Origin: Phoronis australis
Lineage: Eukaryota > Animalia > Phoronida
NCBI GenBank assembly: GCA_002633005.1
Contig: NMRA01000288.1
Location: 491,906 to 551,184 of the forward strand
Length of the DNA stretch: 59,279 nucleotides
Direction of reading: 5' to 3'
The notes beneath the pieces were generated by a model. It was not told the DNA's origin. It saw only the letters and a list, made by a program, of their open reading frames with translations, and did no database searches. A program made the position numbers and the translations under genes. Every line of letters starts with the position of its first letter. The first letter of the stretch is position 1. This document shows, in pieces, positions 23,801 to 36,467 of this stretch.

Positions 23801-26800
23801 ACAACATCACAACATTCATATGACGAACTTGGATGTCATAAATCAATAAGAAATTGGCTACAGTCTAGTTCAATAGAAGATAAACCAACATCAATGCAGC
23901 AAGAGCGCTCAACAAAGGAACAGCGTTATTAGAAAATCTCAAATAACTCAAAAAGTAGACTTCCTAGCGAAAAATGGAAAACATCTATCCAAACTGATGG
24001 TATCGCCTAATTCCGTAAATTTTTCGAAAAAAATGAAATTTTGCGTTTTTTTAAGAAATTCAAAGTCCAATAACTCGAAAACGGTAAGTCTGAGAAAAAA
24101 GTTGTTACAGGCCAATTGAAAGAATATACTTCAAAGAATTCACATGCAAAAAATCACGTCTTTTTCTCTTCCCGTTTAAAATCGCACTCCAGTACGACTG
24201 AAAATGGGTCAACATGCGCCAGATCCGCCATCTTGAAAGCAACTTCCGGTTTTTTGGCTTTTTATAATAGCATGTCATAAGAAACTAATACCTGTAAAAA
24301 TTCGAAGGAATTGGTCTGATAATGCGCCCCCTACAAGGAGAAAAGTTTTTAGCCCAAAATCGAGATGCGCATGCGTGATCGCCGATATTTCCGCCACCTT
24401 TAACCGGAAGTAAACAATTGCTGGCGTACTTGTAGCAAACTTCCAGTCCATTTACTGTGCCGATTCTTTGCCTTTTAAGTAAAAAATTGTAGCCTCCAGA
24501 AGCATTTGAACCTTTAAATGAAAATAAAATGGCCGCCACAGCCGCCATCTTGGATCCGATTTTGTCGAAAAACAATAGGNNNNNNNNNNNNNNNNNNNNN
24601 NNNNNNNNNNNNNNNNNNNNNNNNNNNNNNNNNNNNNNNNNNNNNNNNNNNNNNNNNNNNNNNNNNNNNNNNNNNNNNNNNNNNNNNNNNNNNNNNNNNN
24701 NNNNNNNNNNNNNNNNNNNNNNNNNNNNNNNNNNNNNNNNNNNNNNNNNNNNNNNNNNNNNNNNNNNNNNNNNNNNNNNNNNNNNNNNNNNNNNNNNNNN
24801 NNNNNNNNNNNNNNNNNNNNNNNNNNNNNNNNNNNNNNNNNNNNNNNNNNNNNNNNNNNNNNNNNNNNNNNNNNNNNNNNNNNNNNNNNNNNNNNNNNNN
24901 NNNNNNNNNNNNNNNNNNNNNNNNNNNNNNNNNNNNNNNNNNNNNNNNNNNNNNNNNNNNNNNNNNNNNNNNNNNNNNNNNNNNNNNNNNNNNNNNNNNN
25001 NNNNNNNNNNNNNNNNNNNNNNNNNNNNNNNNNNNNNNNNNNNNNNNNNNNNNNNNNNNNNNNNNNNNNNNNNNNNNNNNNNNNNNNNNNNNNNNNNNNN
25101 NNNNNNNNNNNNNNNNNNNNNNNNNNNNNNNNNNNNNNNNNNNNNNNNNNNNNNNNNNNNNNNNNNNNNNNNNNNNNNNNNNNNNNNNNNNNNNNNNNNN
25201 NNNNNNNNNNNNNNNNNNNNNNNNNNNNNNNNNNNNNNNNNNNNNNNNNNNNNNNNNNNNNNNNNNNNNNNNNNNNNNNNNNNNNNNNNNNNNNNNNNNN
25301 NNNNNNNNNNNNNNNNNNNNNNNNNNNNNNNNNNNNNNNNNNNNNNNNNNNNNNNNNNNNNNNNNNNNNNNNNNNNNGGGGGGGGGGGCAGGGGCTCCAG
25401 CCCCCCTTGCCTGCCGCAAGCAAAATGAAACAGCAAGAGCATGAAGCGTGAGGAAATATTGACTTCAGTAACCAGGACCGGTAGCGGAAGAGGGGGGCTC
25501 AGACCCCAGATCGCGGCGGAATCGTGTTCCCGTTTTTTTAGTCCACCGATAGATTTTCTGAACAGAAGGCCAAAAGGTCTGCATCCCAGGCCCCTGCAAC
25601 TTTCGGGCCGCCTGTGTACATACAATTGCACTTTACCCAATTCCACGAGGCAACATGTTGGACCCCCTTGTGGTATCCTAGATCCGCCACTGAGTTCCAG
25701 ACATTAACTTGACTGACTTAGACACAGCCCTAGACCTACCCCGCCTAGGACGAGATGAATGTGTACATGAGCTATGAACCTGAATTTTTTATCAAAATGT
25801 TTCCTTACAAGATTAGAAAAGCGTAAACAGTGTTGTCGAGTCGACCTAGTCAGAGACAATAGTGCATGTGTTGTCTGTAATCTATGACCTACTTTACTCC
25901 GGGAGTCCCACCAGTTGTGACCTACTTTTTTGGCGAAATTTAGAAGACGACAGAATAAAAATATCGGTGAATCTTCACTGATTTTATTAGAAAGATCATG
26001 AAATCTATGGAATCTAAGGTGCATACCCAGCTTTACATGAACATATCGTATCACTGGCCTTGTCATTTGCCAGGTGAAGGTGGCCCCGAGGCAGAGGGTT
26101 CTTCGGATTTTCGCTGGCTTCTCGAGCCATTTTTTCATCGTCACCTTTACAAATTCCCATATCATGAACGTACGATTCTCTGTTGAAAAGCATCGCCTCT
26201 TGTTTCTGTCGAAGCGTTTTCAAAAAGTGCAAAAACACTCATCGATTCCACAAGGAACGTCGTTTAGCGACAGTGTATTTGCCTCTGACATCTCGTTCGA
26301 ATGTCGGGTATCACGTGACTTTTCGCATAGGGGCGGAGCTTGCGATAGGTCAACTTCAGAGTACCGGGTTCGACTCCGTCCTCGGTTTCTCCCCAAATCG
26401 TTATCTCACTAGTGAGATAACTTTATGGGTTATTACACGGTTGTATCTGCCAGTTGACGCTAATATTGTGGTATAAAAAATGTTATCATTTTTTATTTAA
26501 GCGGTGAGTACGAAGGAAGTGAACTTTCAATTTTCTAGAGAGAAATACTTTCAAGGTAGTTGAGGGTTATATCTACCGTACATCAGTCAAAACTGAAATA
26601 ATCTCTGTACAGTAACCGTAGTGTGTAAGCGAAAATGATCCAATCTTTTACCATAAGTAACCTTGAATGCACAGTACTTTAGATCATTAAGCATTACAAG
26701 CGGTATCCAACTGCACAAAATTTTCTTGACTAAATTTGCATGCACATAACTATTGCCATGGCGACTGACTAGTATTTCCTTACACCAGAATTCCACAACC

Positions 26801-29800
26801 ATGATTTAAAAAATATGAAGTTGCAAGTTACAAGGATTGGAGGCTTGAAGATTAACAATCCAACATAGCCTATTTCTTTTATTAAGGTTCTTCATATAAT
26901 ATTGTTGCCTTCTGTTGATAACCTGAAGAAAGAAAGCAACAAGTTACAAAACACGACTTCAAAGCACAAATTTGCCACAAAATTTAGAGAAATATGAATC
27001 ATTTTGTGGTACATAATCAAGCTTTGAAGAGCAGTTGGCTGTCAAACAAAAAAAAACATTTCAGAAAATATTTCAACTTTTTTAGCTGAGTGTAAGATCA
27101 CCTGGATGGGAAATTCACAGTAAAATAATTACAATATTCTTAATATTTTTTGCACAAGAACGTGAAAATTGAACAGAGTTCCTTTTTTGTAGCAGCGTTT
27201 TTAAAATGTATCAACGTTAAATCTTCACAAATTACAAAGTAGCCGTTTGAACATGCCTTTCACTTCAGCAAAAGTCGCCATGTTGACGGTGCCGCCGGAA
27301 ATGAGACTAAGTGAAACGGGAATTCCCAGCACTTTTATCACTCAATAAGTAAGAACTGCGCTGCTGAAATTTGGTTAAAACTAGTGAATCGCGCAGAATA
27401 GTAAGTAACGATATGTCTCCCTGATTTTTACCGACAGTTATCGGCGAAAACAATTGATATTAAGTTTTAAACTCGTAACTTATTCCGCTGTCGTCCAAGA
27501 TGGCCGAACCGATCCAAACAAGTGACCCAAATTTCGCCACAAAAATTGGAATAACTTTGCACTGCTTGGCTCGATTTTGATAATTTTTCGATTTTAATGA
27601 GTAGGACGCATTATCTTTTCCATGATAGTAGAGAATTTTTTCGAAACGACAAAAAAATTTGGTTCGACCGCCGTACCAAGAGCCTTCGGCATTTTTCCAT
27701 CCCGGAACTAACATGCAGGTGGTTTGTTAGAAAAGTATTCTGATGGGGATGCCTGGAGGAAATGAGACTGTTGAACTTGGGTAAAGTTGCAATTGACGAA
27801 AGCGAAGTTTGCATCACGTTATTGACACCTCAGCACATTTTGCCTACACAGCATTTTTCATAGTACGTCATTACCAGCAACGTAAACTAGGTCATCCTCC
27901 ATGTTCTCTGCGTAAACACTCCGCGTGTAGGCCTATAATGGAGTCGAAGCAACAGGAAGGTTGTTCTTGATTTTGTAGCGCATAGTAGCCCAAAATTACC
28001 AAAAGTTCAAATTTATTCCGTTAAAAAGGAAACACAAAACATATCTGTAAAGATATCTGGCCAATATCAAGGGCCCACACTCGTAAGCAAGTCAAAGCGG
28101 TCCTTTTTACCCGTTGCCTTATCTCGCACTGTCTCAGTCGACTAGTTTTTCGCAATGCAACAGTACAATTCTCATAAATTCAACTTGTGGTGACTTCTTT
28201 CAATTTAAAACCATGCCAGCAATACTCTAAAACAAATTAATATTAGGTACAAAAACATTTTTCTGCGAAGTGATTCGTAAATAGCTCAGGTATTTGAGTT
28301 TTCCTCACATAGTTACTTTGGTTTTAGTGCCTAATTTTCAGTTGGCTCCCATAGGTCGGTCAAGGGCCAATCGGTGGCTGCACGCACTGCTAAGAACATT
28401 GTAATCAAAGTGTTATATTTAAACCAAACGTTTATTGGTATACTGGTGTGAACATTATCAGTGATTTAACCAAAAACTTCGAATTAACTAGACCCACTGA
28501 TGATAGTCTATGATAAACTAAACTGATATCAAAGGCCAAAATTGGCAATTTTCGGCCACCCCATGTTACATACAATTTTTTGTCTAATTTTCTTCACACT
28601 CCTACATTTCGATCTTGATTATACTGACATCTGTTGGGTCTATCGGCACCTAACCGCACATGAAAGGCTTGGTCGAAAATTGTCGGGTTTTCAGCGGCAA
28701 TTTCACTGATCGAAGCGACAAAATAAGCCGAAAATTTGACCATACCATGTTAAATTTCTTCCAATTTTGCTGAAAATTGGACACCTTTTTAATAAAGTAC
28801 TTATCTGTGTTATGTGCTATCGGCAAATGTGATTGGTTCATAAATAAGAGCCCCACGCCGTGGTTTCTGCGAATCCCATGTATCCTGGAAGGGGCTGAGT
28901 GATTTTCGCGCATGCGCAGTTCACGGTTTCAATATTGCTGGTAATGGTAAGCACCACCACACTATTCAAGAATGTAAACGCTTCTTACGCTCAAAATTAG
29001 CGACGGATAACTTCAAGGAAAGCTGTGTGGAAAGAAATGAAAACGAATGACGTCGAATTCAAAGCAAGGACTAAACTAACAACAACAGATTCCAAAAAAT
29101 ATCCGCATGCTTGCATACGCTGAGATGATTCGTCGAAGTGTGACGGAGCAACGACAAGGGACACGTGTGCGGAATCTTGGCAAACGGTAACAAATTCAAA
29201 GCAGTCGTGTGCCAAGGAAGAGGGACGCTCGAGTACAGGTCTGGTCGCTAGCCAAGGACGTCTTTTCTTGCTTGACACGGCAACACGCTCTGGGCTTGAA
29301 GGAGGTACCAGCAGTGACTGCAACTAACAACAATAACCAACAGCAGATTTTGTTCGACAAAAGGTAGGGAGGGTACAAAAGGTGTAAATCGATCGGTGGA
29401 ATGGAGAGTTTGTGGAACTCAGGGGAGGGAGGGTGGGAGTGGTATCAAATTGTCTAATTGAAATAACTTACGAGTGAATGCACTGCTGCTTGAGGCTGGG
29501 CCAACAGGAAGCTAGAGATAAGGAACAAACAGCGCTCCCATCGGATTAGGTAGGCAATCGGTCAATACCCATTTGGTACTTTGCTAACCTGTGCCACTTA
29601 GTATCCGATACTCAATTACACTTTGGGTATCGTAAATGTGTGTGTTATCTCTTGTAATTAAGCAGCCCATCTGGTTCCTTCGGCGAAATATTCAATTGTA
29701 GAGATGTGACCCTAAAATTCCCAATAATTACTCTTGTTGTTTTATTTGTCCCCAATAATTGTCATGCGGTAACATTGAAATCTCCCACTGCACTTGGAAA

Positions 29801-30131
29801 CTGGTCGTTATGTAAACACTGGCAGTAAATGAAAGACTTTGTTTGCGTTGGGAGTCTGGTTCTGTGGAGGATGAGCTACATTTTGTGTTTGATTGTTCTC
29901 TTTATAACTCACGGAGGTCTATTCTGTTTAATAATGTTTCACTTCAAATCCCGAACTTTGCAGATTTCAGTAGATTAGATACGTTAAAACTACTATTTCA
30001 GTATTTCCCTAGGCAATTTGCCAAATATGTCAAGTCTGCTTTTGAACTTTGAAACCCGCCGCATTTATGGTAGGCCTACATCTGAGTTGTGTGGTTAAAG
30101 TGACTAATAAGCCCAACTGGGCCGGGTNCTG

Positions 30132-30633
30132 AAATTCCCAATAATTACTCTTGTTGTTTTATTTGTCCCCAATAATTGTCATGCGGTAACATTGAAATCT
30201 CCCACTGCACTTGGAAACTGGTCGTTATGTAAACACTGGCAGTCAATGAAAGACTTTGTTTGCGTTGGGAGTCTGGTTCTGTGGAGGATGAGCTACATTT
30301 TGTGTTTGATTGTTCTCTTTATAACTCACGGAGGTCTATTCTGTTTAATAATGTTTCACTTCAAATCCCGAACTTTGCAGATTTCAGTAGATTAGATACG
30401 TTAAAACTACTATTTCAGTATTTCCCTAGGCAATTTGCCAAATATGTCAAGTCTGCTTTTGAACTTTGAAACCCGCCGCATTTATGGTAGGCCTACATCT
30501 GAGTTGTGTGGTTAAAGTGACTAATAAGCCCAACTGGGCCGGGTACTTATCTTTCTTACGAATGTTATACCTATGACTGTTTGATTTAATTGTACTTGTC
30601 ACTATAACAAATAAATACTACTACTACTATACT
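30132..30633 (+). mobile_element. 3' end of a CR1/L2-type LINE with (TAC)n tail; a false duplicate lies at about 29715-30127
   Basis: VEDELHFVFDCSLYNSRR C-terminal motif, then aataaa-tactactactac. Confidence 0.7.
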
Positions 30634-30830
30634 GAGTCACTCCGTTGTAGCGTGAAGACTCTTTTAGGCGGTTTACTTGAATAACCTCTTATCACTAGTT
30701 TTGTACCCTTAGCGTTTGCGTAAACGACTTGGCAAGGCATGATCAAGCTAATTGCAACAACATTGGAAAATCAGAAAGTACGCGTAATATGACGCAATTC
30801 AAAAGGACGTGTAATTATTAATAAACAATG

Positions 30831-30836
30831 TTTATT
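30831..30836 (-). terminator. Candidate polyadenylation signal of gene B
   Basis: AATAAA on the - strand about 110 nt after the stop codon. Confidence 0.5.
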
Positions 30837-30946
30837 TCTCTTGCTTATAGTCGCCTATTTTGGTGCTAAATTGCACACCATTTTGTCTTTCGCTACTACC
30901 GTTTTGAATTTCACAGCGACGAAGGTGCAATAGTAGAGCCTCCCGG

Positions 30947-31128
30947 CTACAAAGGGTTAAACTTCCGCCTGTTTCTATCCCGTTTCCACATAATTCCGAC
31001 ACCCGCGGCTGCAGACATCAACGTTGCCACTACGCCCGCAAGAGGTGCGACCAAGGCAATGAGCGTATTATCGCTTCCCGGAGCAACTGACTTTTGCCGT
31101 TTAGCTTTCGTCTGAATGTCGTCTGCTT
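30947..31128 (-). CDS. Gene B terminal exon: stalk, transmembrane helix and 12-aa cytoplasmic tail
   Basis: ttcttcacAG acceptor, phase 1; LIALVAPLAGVVATLMSAAAGVGIMW followed by KRDRNRRKFNPL*. Confidence 0.8.
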
Positions 31129-31684
31129 CTGTGAAGAAGGAAGACGGTTCACAGATTGCCCACATAAATGCTCCAAAATCTTATTTATATGCAAACAAGA
31201 TAACATTTCGCATGTACTGTGATGCATCTTCTAATCACTATTTGAAGGGATATTGTAAGTGGGAAAGGCAATTTATTCTCTGTGATCTCTCCCAGAGTGG
31301 AATCGAATCTAGAGCCTGGTAAAGTGATCGGTCTTGACTTCGGCGTGTGTCAGCAGACTACGGCGAGAATTGGCCATTTGTAATGAAATAACAAAATACA
31401 CGACATGTTGTGTTGTTTTTACAGCTCTAGTCAAACCTTTTAATTCAACAATAATTCCAAGAATGAATTTTTGGTTGTAAAATCGATAATGTCCCTCTAA
31501 ATTAAGTTTTTCTTTATCGTCTACTGGCGGTGATACTCGGGAGGATGACTATCCCACAGTCCATTGTGTATGCGACGTCTCTCGCTACTAGTAAAATGGC
31601 CAATGCGAGTTGCCTTATCGTTAATTCTCCCTAAGAATTACTTTCGCGCTTCTTTGTTATCTGAAATAATAAGCCAACGACTAG

Positions 31685-34600
31685 TAGTCGGTGGGCCAGA
31701 ATTTGTAGGGCCTCTAGAAAATGGTTTTTGTGAGTACTTTAGGGGGGCAATTTTATTTTGGTATTTTTTAATTCACTTATTAGAGTGTTTTCAAAATCTA
31801 AAAAGTTCCCACATATACATGTAAAGTCGCACATTTTTGAGAAATTTGAGTTTGAAGTTACCTAATAATCACCAAAGAGCTTAGTAAACTTATATTTGTA
31901 AAAACAACAGTTTTGGTGACTTTTTTTAAAACAAGTAATATGGTCCCATCAGTACCATTGTATTGAACAATATTACACTCACATTACATGTTTTACTATT
32001 GTAGATTAATTGTAAACAGTGAAATTTAAAAAATGTAAAGAGACACTTAGTGGCAAAAATGCAAACTAAGTCTGAATGTTACTAGGAAGTTATTCTGGCA
32101 TTGTCTGGCAACAAAAATAACACAAAACACTTGAGACTGGGCAAAATTTGTGCCTCAATCACTAAAACATTGACTAATGGTGTAAAATACAGCTTGTTTG
32201 CATAATACACCAGAAATACGTTATAGTACAAAAACAATATATTTGAATGACCTCTGTGAATGTGCACACAGACTGCATGAAAATAATAAATTATTCTGAC
32301 AGCGTTTATCAAGCAGTATGAGACAAATACATGACAATGATCAAAGCATGTACTTTCTATGACTTAATCAACAAATAAAATTAACTTTTTAGTACAAAAA
32401 AAACGAAATAACGGGGTTGGAGGTCTATTTAGGGTTGACTTGTCAAATAACTATCCAATTTCATGCAGTCAGTGTTGCTGATGTTACTACAGTTGTTACA
32501 GCTGCATATTTCTGTACAGTTTGACCCAGCATTGCAGCACAAACTCAGTTTCCCAGCACACATGTTCTTTTTGCACTTGCAGCGTTCATCGTTTAGTACT
32601 GTCAATGGAGACGCGGGCATTGCCATACATTTTAACTGCAAAGCTCCACCGCCAAGGAGCCAACTATGGTCGATTAGAGAGGGTACAGCACTGCACACTG
32701 GTGATTGGCCCGCAGGCAATGAAGGGTCAAACACTAAGTCCTTGTTTGGAGGCGGGCAGGGTTTGGGAAAACGTTTGATTCAAAATATGTTATAATGGGC
32801 TGTGTTAATTAGAGTCAGCAAGTGAATTATTGAACACTAGCCTCAATTCACTTTTGTATCTCTTAGTCGGGCACAAACTACAACAGCTTCAACAGTCGTT
32901 TCTTATAAATGCCTGTTCAAATAACTTCATGCACACCAGCTTTCTGAAGAACAGCTTCAAAGTCTTGCTTTAGTTTTGAAAGGCAAAGGACATGTCCACG
33001 TGTTAGAAACTTTGATTCAATGAACTCCAAACAAAACTGTAGGAAAACCTCTCTGAAAACTGTGGATTCGTCATTCTTCACAATCGTTGTCTTTCTATTT
33101 TTTATAGCATGATGATCTGTGGTACTTGGCTTCTAAGACACAGGGTCTTTATCTTTGAATTTCACTTGCATATTCAGGGCTCTGGACTGAGCTTTTGCTT
33201 GCGATACAAGTCCAACTGAAAAAAACCCAAACTGTTAACACTAATTTAACATTCAACTATGACTGAGTTGGCATGCAACTTTTTCAGACGGACTTATCAG
33301 GAACTGATCCACCACCAGCCTAACAAATTTACATGTACATGCTGTCCGATCTGTCGCCTAAAAATGTTGGTCGTCTAATAATTAGATTAGTTGATGCAAC
33401 TGAAAATAAATCAGCTGATATACCAGTGCAGTGATTGAAATTTAATTTTTTTTTAAATCAGATGCTCAAACCATAGTCAATAGATTTACACTTAAGGAAA
33501 TCGATGTTTGACGAAATGGACAGTGGCTTCCATCGTCTTCAAGTTACGACGGCGACGATGGCCACTTAGGCACTTTAATTTAATTATCATTGCAGCTACT
33601 TCAGTAATTAATGTTTACAAAAAGTTGAGAAGAGGTTCCCCTTATCCCAGGACTATGGCAGGGGGTGACGGCCACTTGGGCATGTTGTTTGCAACCATCT
33701 ACTCCATTTAACCTTCTCAAAAATTTTTGACTTAAAGTGCTTTAAAATCACACCCACAGTATAACGCCATATGATTATCCCTTAGCGCAAGCAGTGTCGA
33801 TGTGGCAACTGAACAATGGAGTGTTCGAAAAACAGGATTGCAGGAGTATTTGTGAACAAATGAAAACATTAACGACCTTCTCAGAGGCATGTCTCTACAC
33901 GGTACTTCTAAACTTATAACAAACAACATGACTTATGATTCAACCAGTGTGATGCATAATTTGCCAAAAAGCATCCGGCATATGGAGTACCTATGGTATG
34001 ATCACCGTCTCTACTGGGTCAGCGGTATTGTCTAAGGCCTAGGCAGCCAAGGGGCTGAACAAGTTTAAAAAACAACTGGTGATAATACTGAAACACACAT
34101 GGAAAACACCAAGATGTACCTTTCAAAAAGACGTACCTGTTTTTCAAAGCTATACTTCTTTCTCTTTCTTGAAATATGGTCCATAATATACTTTTCCTGC
34201 TAACAAATAATGCACTCATGTTTCAGAATGTTCCTATCTTGTCAAGGTTAATTGGGTGTTTCAGATTTTGGATTGATTTTCTTGGGGAATTTGGGTAACA
34301 TCTGTATCACTTTCAGCAACTTCAGCTTTAGCACTACTGCTGGTGCCTTGAAACGTTGCTATGCCGTTCTATGTCCTTTCAATTTTTTGGTCTGACACTT
34401 GGTCTTCTAGTCTACAGCACTCAGCAGTATACTACTGTGTAGGCTATACCAGGACATGCAACTGTTTTCTGCACAAACGTTTGACACCTCTTCTTTTTGA
34501 TCTACTGATCTACAGAGTTCCACAGCCCATCAGCTTTCGTCAGGAAGCTTTCCTAAGCTTCTTTAGGCTCTGGCATCACAATTTTGTGCTGTTTGATAAA

Positions 34601-34900
34601 CCTTGAATTATACAGGCATCACACTCCATGGGAGCAGCCATATTGAAGTAACTAAGCACAACAATACAATCTGGCTCTCTGATTGGTCAATTCAATGGAA
34701 AAGCGCCACCAAGTGGCAGGAATGTGCATAATATTTTGTGCAACAAAAACACCTTTTTTAAAAAAAAATGTGCAAGTGTAGACGTGGGAACTTTTTGGAA
34801 TTTGATTTATAGGTATATTATCTAGCCACATAGAAAAAACTAGGTTGCCCCCCCAAAGTAATCACAAGGATGAACGCTACGAGATCTGGCCCATCGACTA
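31685..34900 (-). mobile_element. Academ DNA transposon, internally deleted, in the last intron of gene B
   Basis: Termini TAGTCGGTGGGCCAGA...TCTGGCCCATCGACTA; TAG TSD at 31682-31684 and 34901-34903; C-terminal Cys-rich finger CKCKKNMC...CCNAGSNCTEICSCNNCSN at 32429-32734. Confidence 0.85.
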
Positions 34901-34938
34901 TAGTATAGTAAACGAGTACAAGAAAAGGGAAAGCTGAC

Positions 34939-35229
34939 CTGGTATCGCCACTGACACCTTGACTACGCTGCTTCGCTGTTCACCAGACGGGTAGTTAACC
35001 GTGGTATATATAGAAATCGAGTAAGTGACGCCACGATTGGCGTAGTCAATAATCAGCTCTGTCTTCCTGCCCTTTTTCACAACAACTGGCGGCACAGGAG
35101 TCGCATGCTTCACCAAAGGATCGTAGTTGATGACGTAGTGGGTATACATTCCCCGTGGTGGCGCTTTCCACGAAACAGATATCGACTGATTGCTTGCAAT
35201 GGCCCGTACGTCAGAAGGCGGAAGCGGAT
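34939..35229 (-). CDS. Gene B FN3 exon; DPLPPSDVRAIASNQSISVSWKAPPRGMYTHYVINY...
   Basis: AG/GT boundaries, 291 nt, phase 1-1; FN3 pattern VSW..P, Y.I.Y and GVTYSISI. Confidence 0.85.
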
Positions 35230-35369
35230 CTGACAGGAATAGAAGAGTATCGTTTAGTTTTCAGTGACGAGCAGATTCAACCTGGTTATACGATGAATGT
35301 TTTCAGTCATCCAGTTGGGCAATATAAGAAACAATAAATAAATCTACTACTGGACTTACGTATGTAGAG

Positions 35370-35412
35370 ATGGCTACGTTGCGTCCTCCTCTCGAGGACT
35401 TCATCAGGCCAC
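35370..35412 (-). ncRNA. Mirror copy of the hammerhead motif, in the sense of the gene B pre-mRNA
   Basis: Reverse complement of 35990-36032. Confidence 0.7.
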
Positions 35413-35989
35413 TGAGTTGTCACGTGACTTGTCATGTGATCCGTCGTGTAGTTTCCGCGGGATTCTCTTCAGCGCCCTATCCCATGTCCTAGGTAAGTGA
35501 AACCGCAGCTCCCCCTGTCTATTGAGGCTAGGATTCTCGATTCTCTCGTAGATAGCTTCTTTGACCCCTCTCCGAAACCAATTCTCTTCTCTATCCAGGA
35601 TCTTCACATCTTCCATGGCGAAAGAGTGGTCCGTGGAAGCCATGTGAGAAAAAACTGCAGAATCATAGCAGTCCCCATAACTGGACCTGAAAAGTCGTTT
35701 CAACCAGCATCAGAGGTCCAGTTATGGGGACTGCTATGATTCTGCAGTTTTTTCTCACATGGCTTCCACGGACCACTCTTTCGCCATGGAAGATGTGAAG
35801 ACCCTGGATAGAGAAGAGAATTGGTTTCGGAGAGGGGTCAAAGAAGCTATCTACGAGAGAATCGAGAATCCTAGCCTCAATAGACAGGGGGAGCTGCGGT
35901 TTCACTTACCTAGGACATGGGATAGGGCGCTGAAGAGAATCCCGCGGAAACTACACGACGGATCACATGACAAGTCACGTGACAACTCA

Positions 35990-36032
35990 GTGGCCTGATG
36001 AAGTCCTCGAGAGGAGGACGCAACGTAGCCAT
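35990..36032 (+). ncRNA. Minimal type I hammerhead ribozyme motif, GCAA variant
   Basis: gUGGC CUGAUGA a GUCCUC gagag GAGGAC GCAA CG UA GCCAu; stems I and II pair; GAAA is replaced by GCAA. Confidence 0.7.
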
Positions 36033-36200
36033 CTCTACATACGTAAGTCCAGTAGTAGATTTATTTATTGTTTCTTATTCAACCTGGTTGTTTCATGTGT
36101 ATACGACAACTTGACAAAGGTTAACTTTCCGTGTTCAGGACAATGCGTTCATTGACAGATGGATTGATTAAACCGCTCATTGTATTTGAATGAAAATCAC

Positions 36201-36467
36201 CTGTTATCGTGACCACAGGGCGAGACGCCACCGCACTAAATCCAGTCAGGAACGTCGACACGGTTACCTCGTACAGCACACCAGGAGTTAGTCCGGCGCA
36301 TTTTCCAGACGTTTCTGTTGCTGAGACCTTTTGACTAATCGTGTTGTGCTGGCTGGACTGGCACGTGATGGTGTGACCGTCGTGGTCACCCTCGACTTTG
36401 CTCCACGAGACGAAAATCTCTGTAGATGCGCTGTTATTAACGACCACGTTTCGCACCATGTATACTC
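36201..36467 (-). CDS. Gene B FN3 exon; GVYMVRNVVVNNSASTEIFVSWSK...GLTPGVLYEVTVST
   Basis: ttttgttAG acceptor and GTGATT donor; 267 nt, phase 1-1; canonical GL.PG..Y.V.V. Confidence 0.9.

Larger units (their letters stand above)
35288..36076. mobile_element. Young Penelope-like insertion forming a 365-bp inverted repeat
   Basis: Arms 35324-35688 and 35714-36078, one mismatch seen; GIY-YIG C-terminus ILDREENWFRRGVKEAIYERIENPSLNR; 13-bp direct repeat ATTCAACCTGGTT at 35275-35287 and 36077-36089. Confidence 0.9.

Noticed and set aside
24285-25646. Long ORFs of 299-453 aa, and similar ones at 13800-14175 and 53240-53540
   Set aside because: They are open only because they run through N gaps
23462-25692. 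Possible TIR pair CAGTAGCGGATCTAGGAT / ATCCTAGATCCGCCACTG
   Set aside because: No TSD, and a large gap lies between the ends, so they cannot be shown to be one element
29715-30544. Apparent tandem duplication of about 415 bp of a LINE 3' end
   Set aside because: The near-identical copies meet at a single N (30128), the signature of overlapping contig ends joined by a scaffolder
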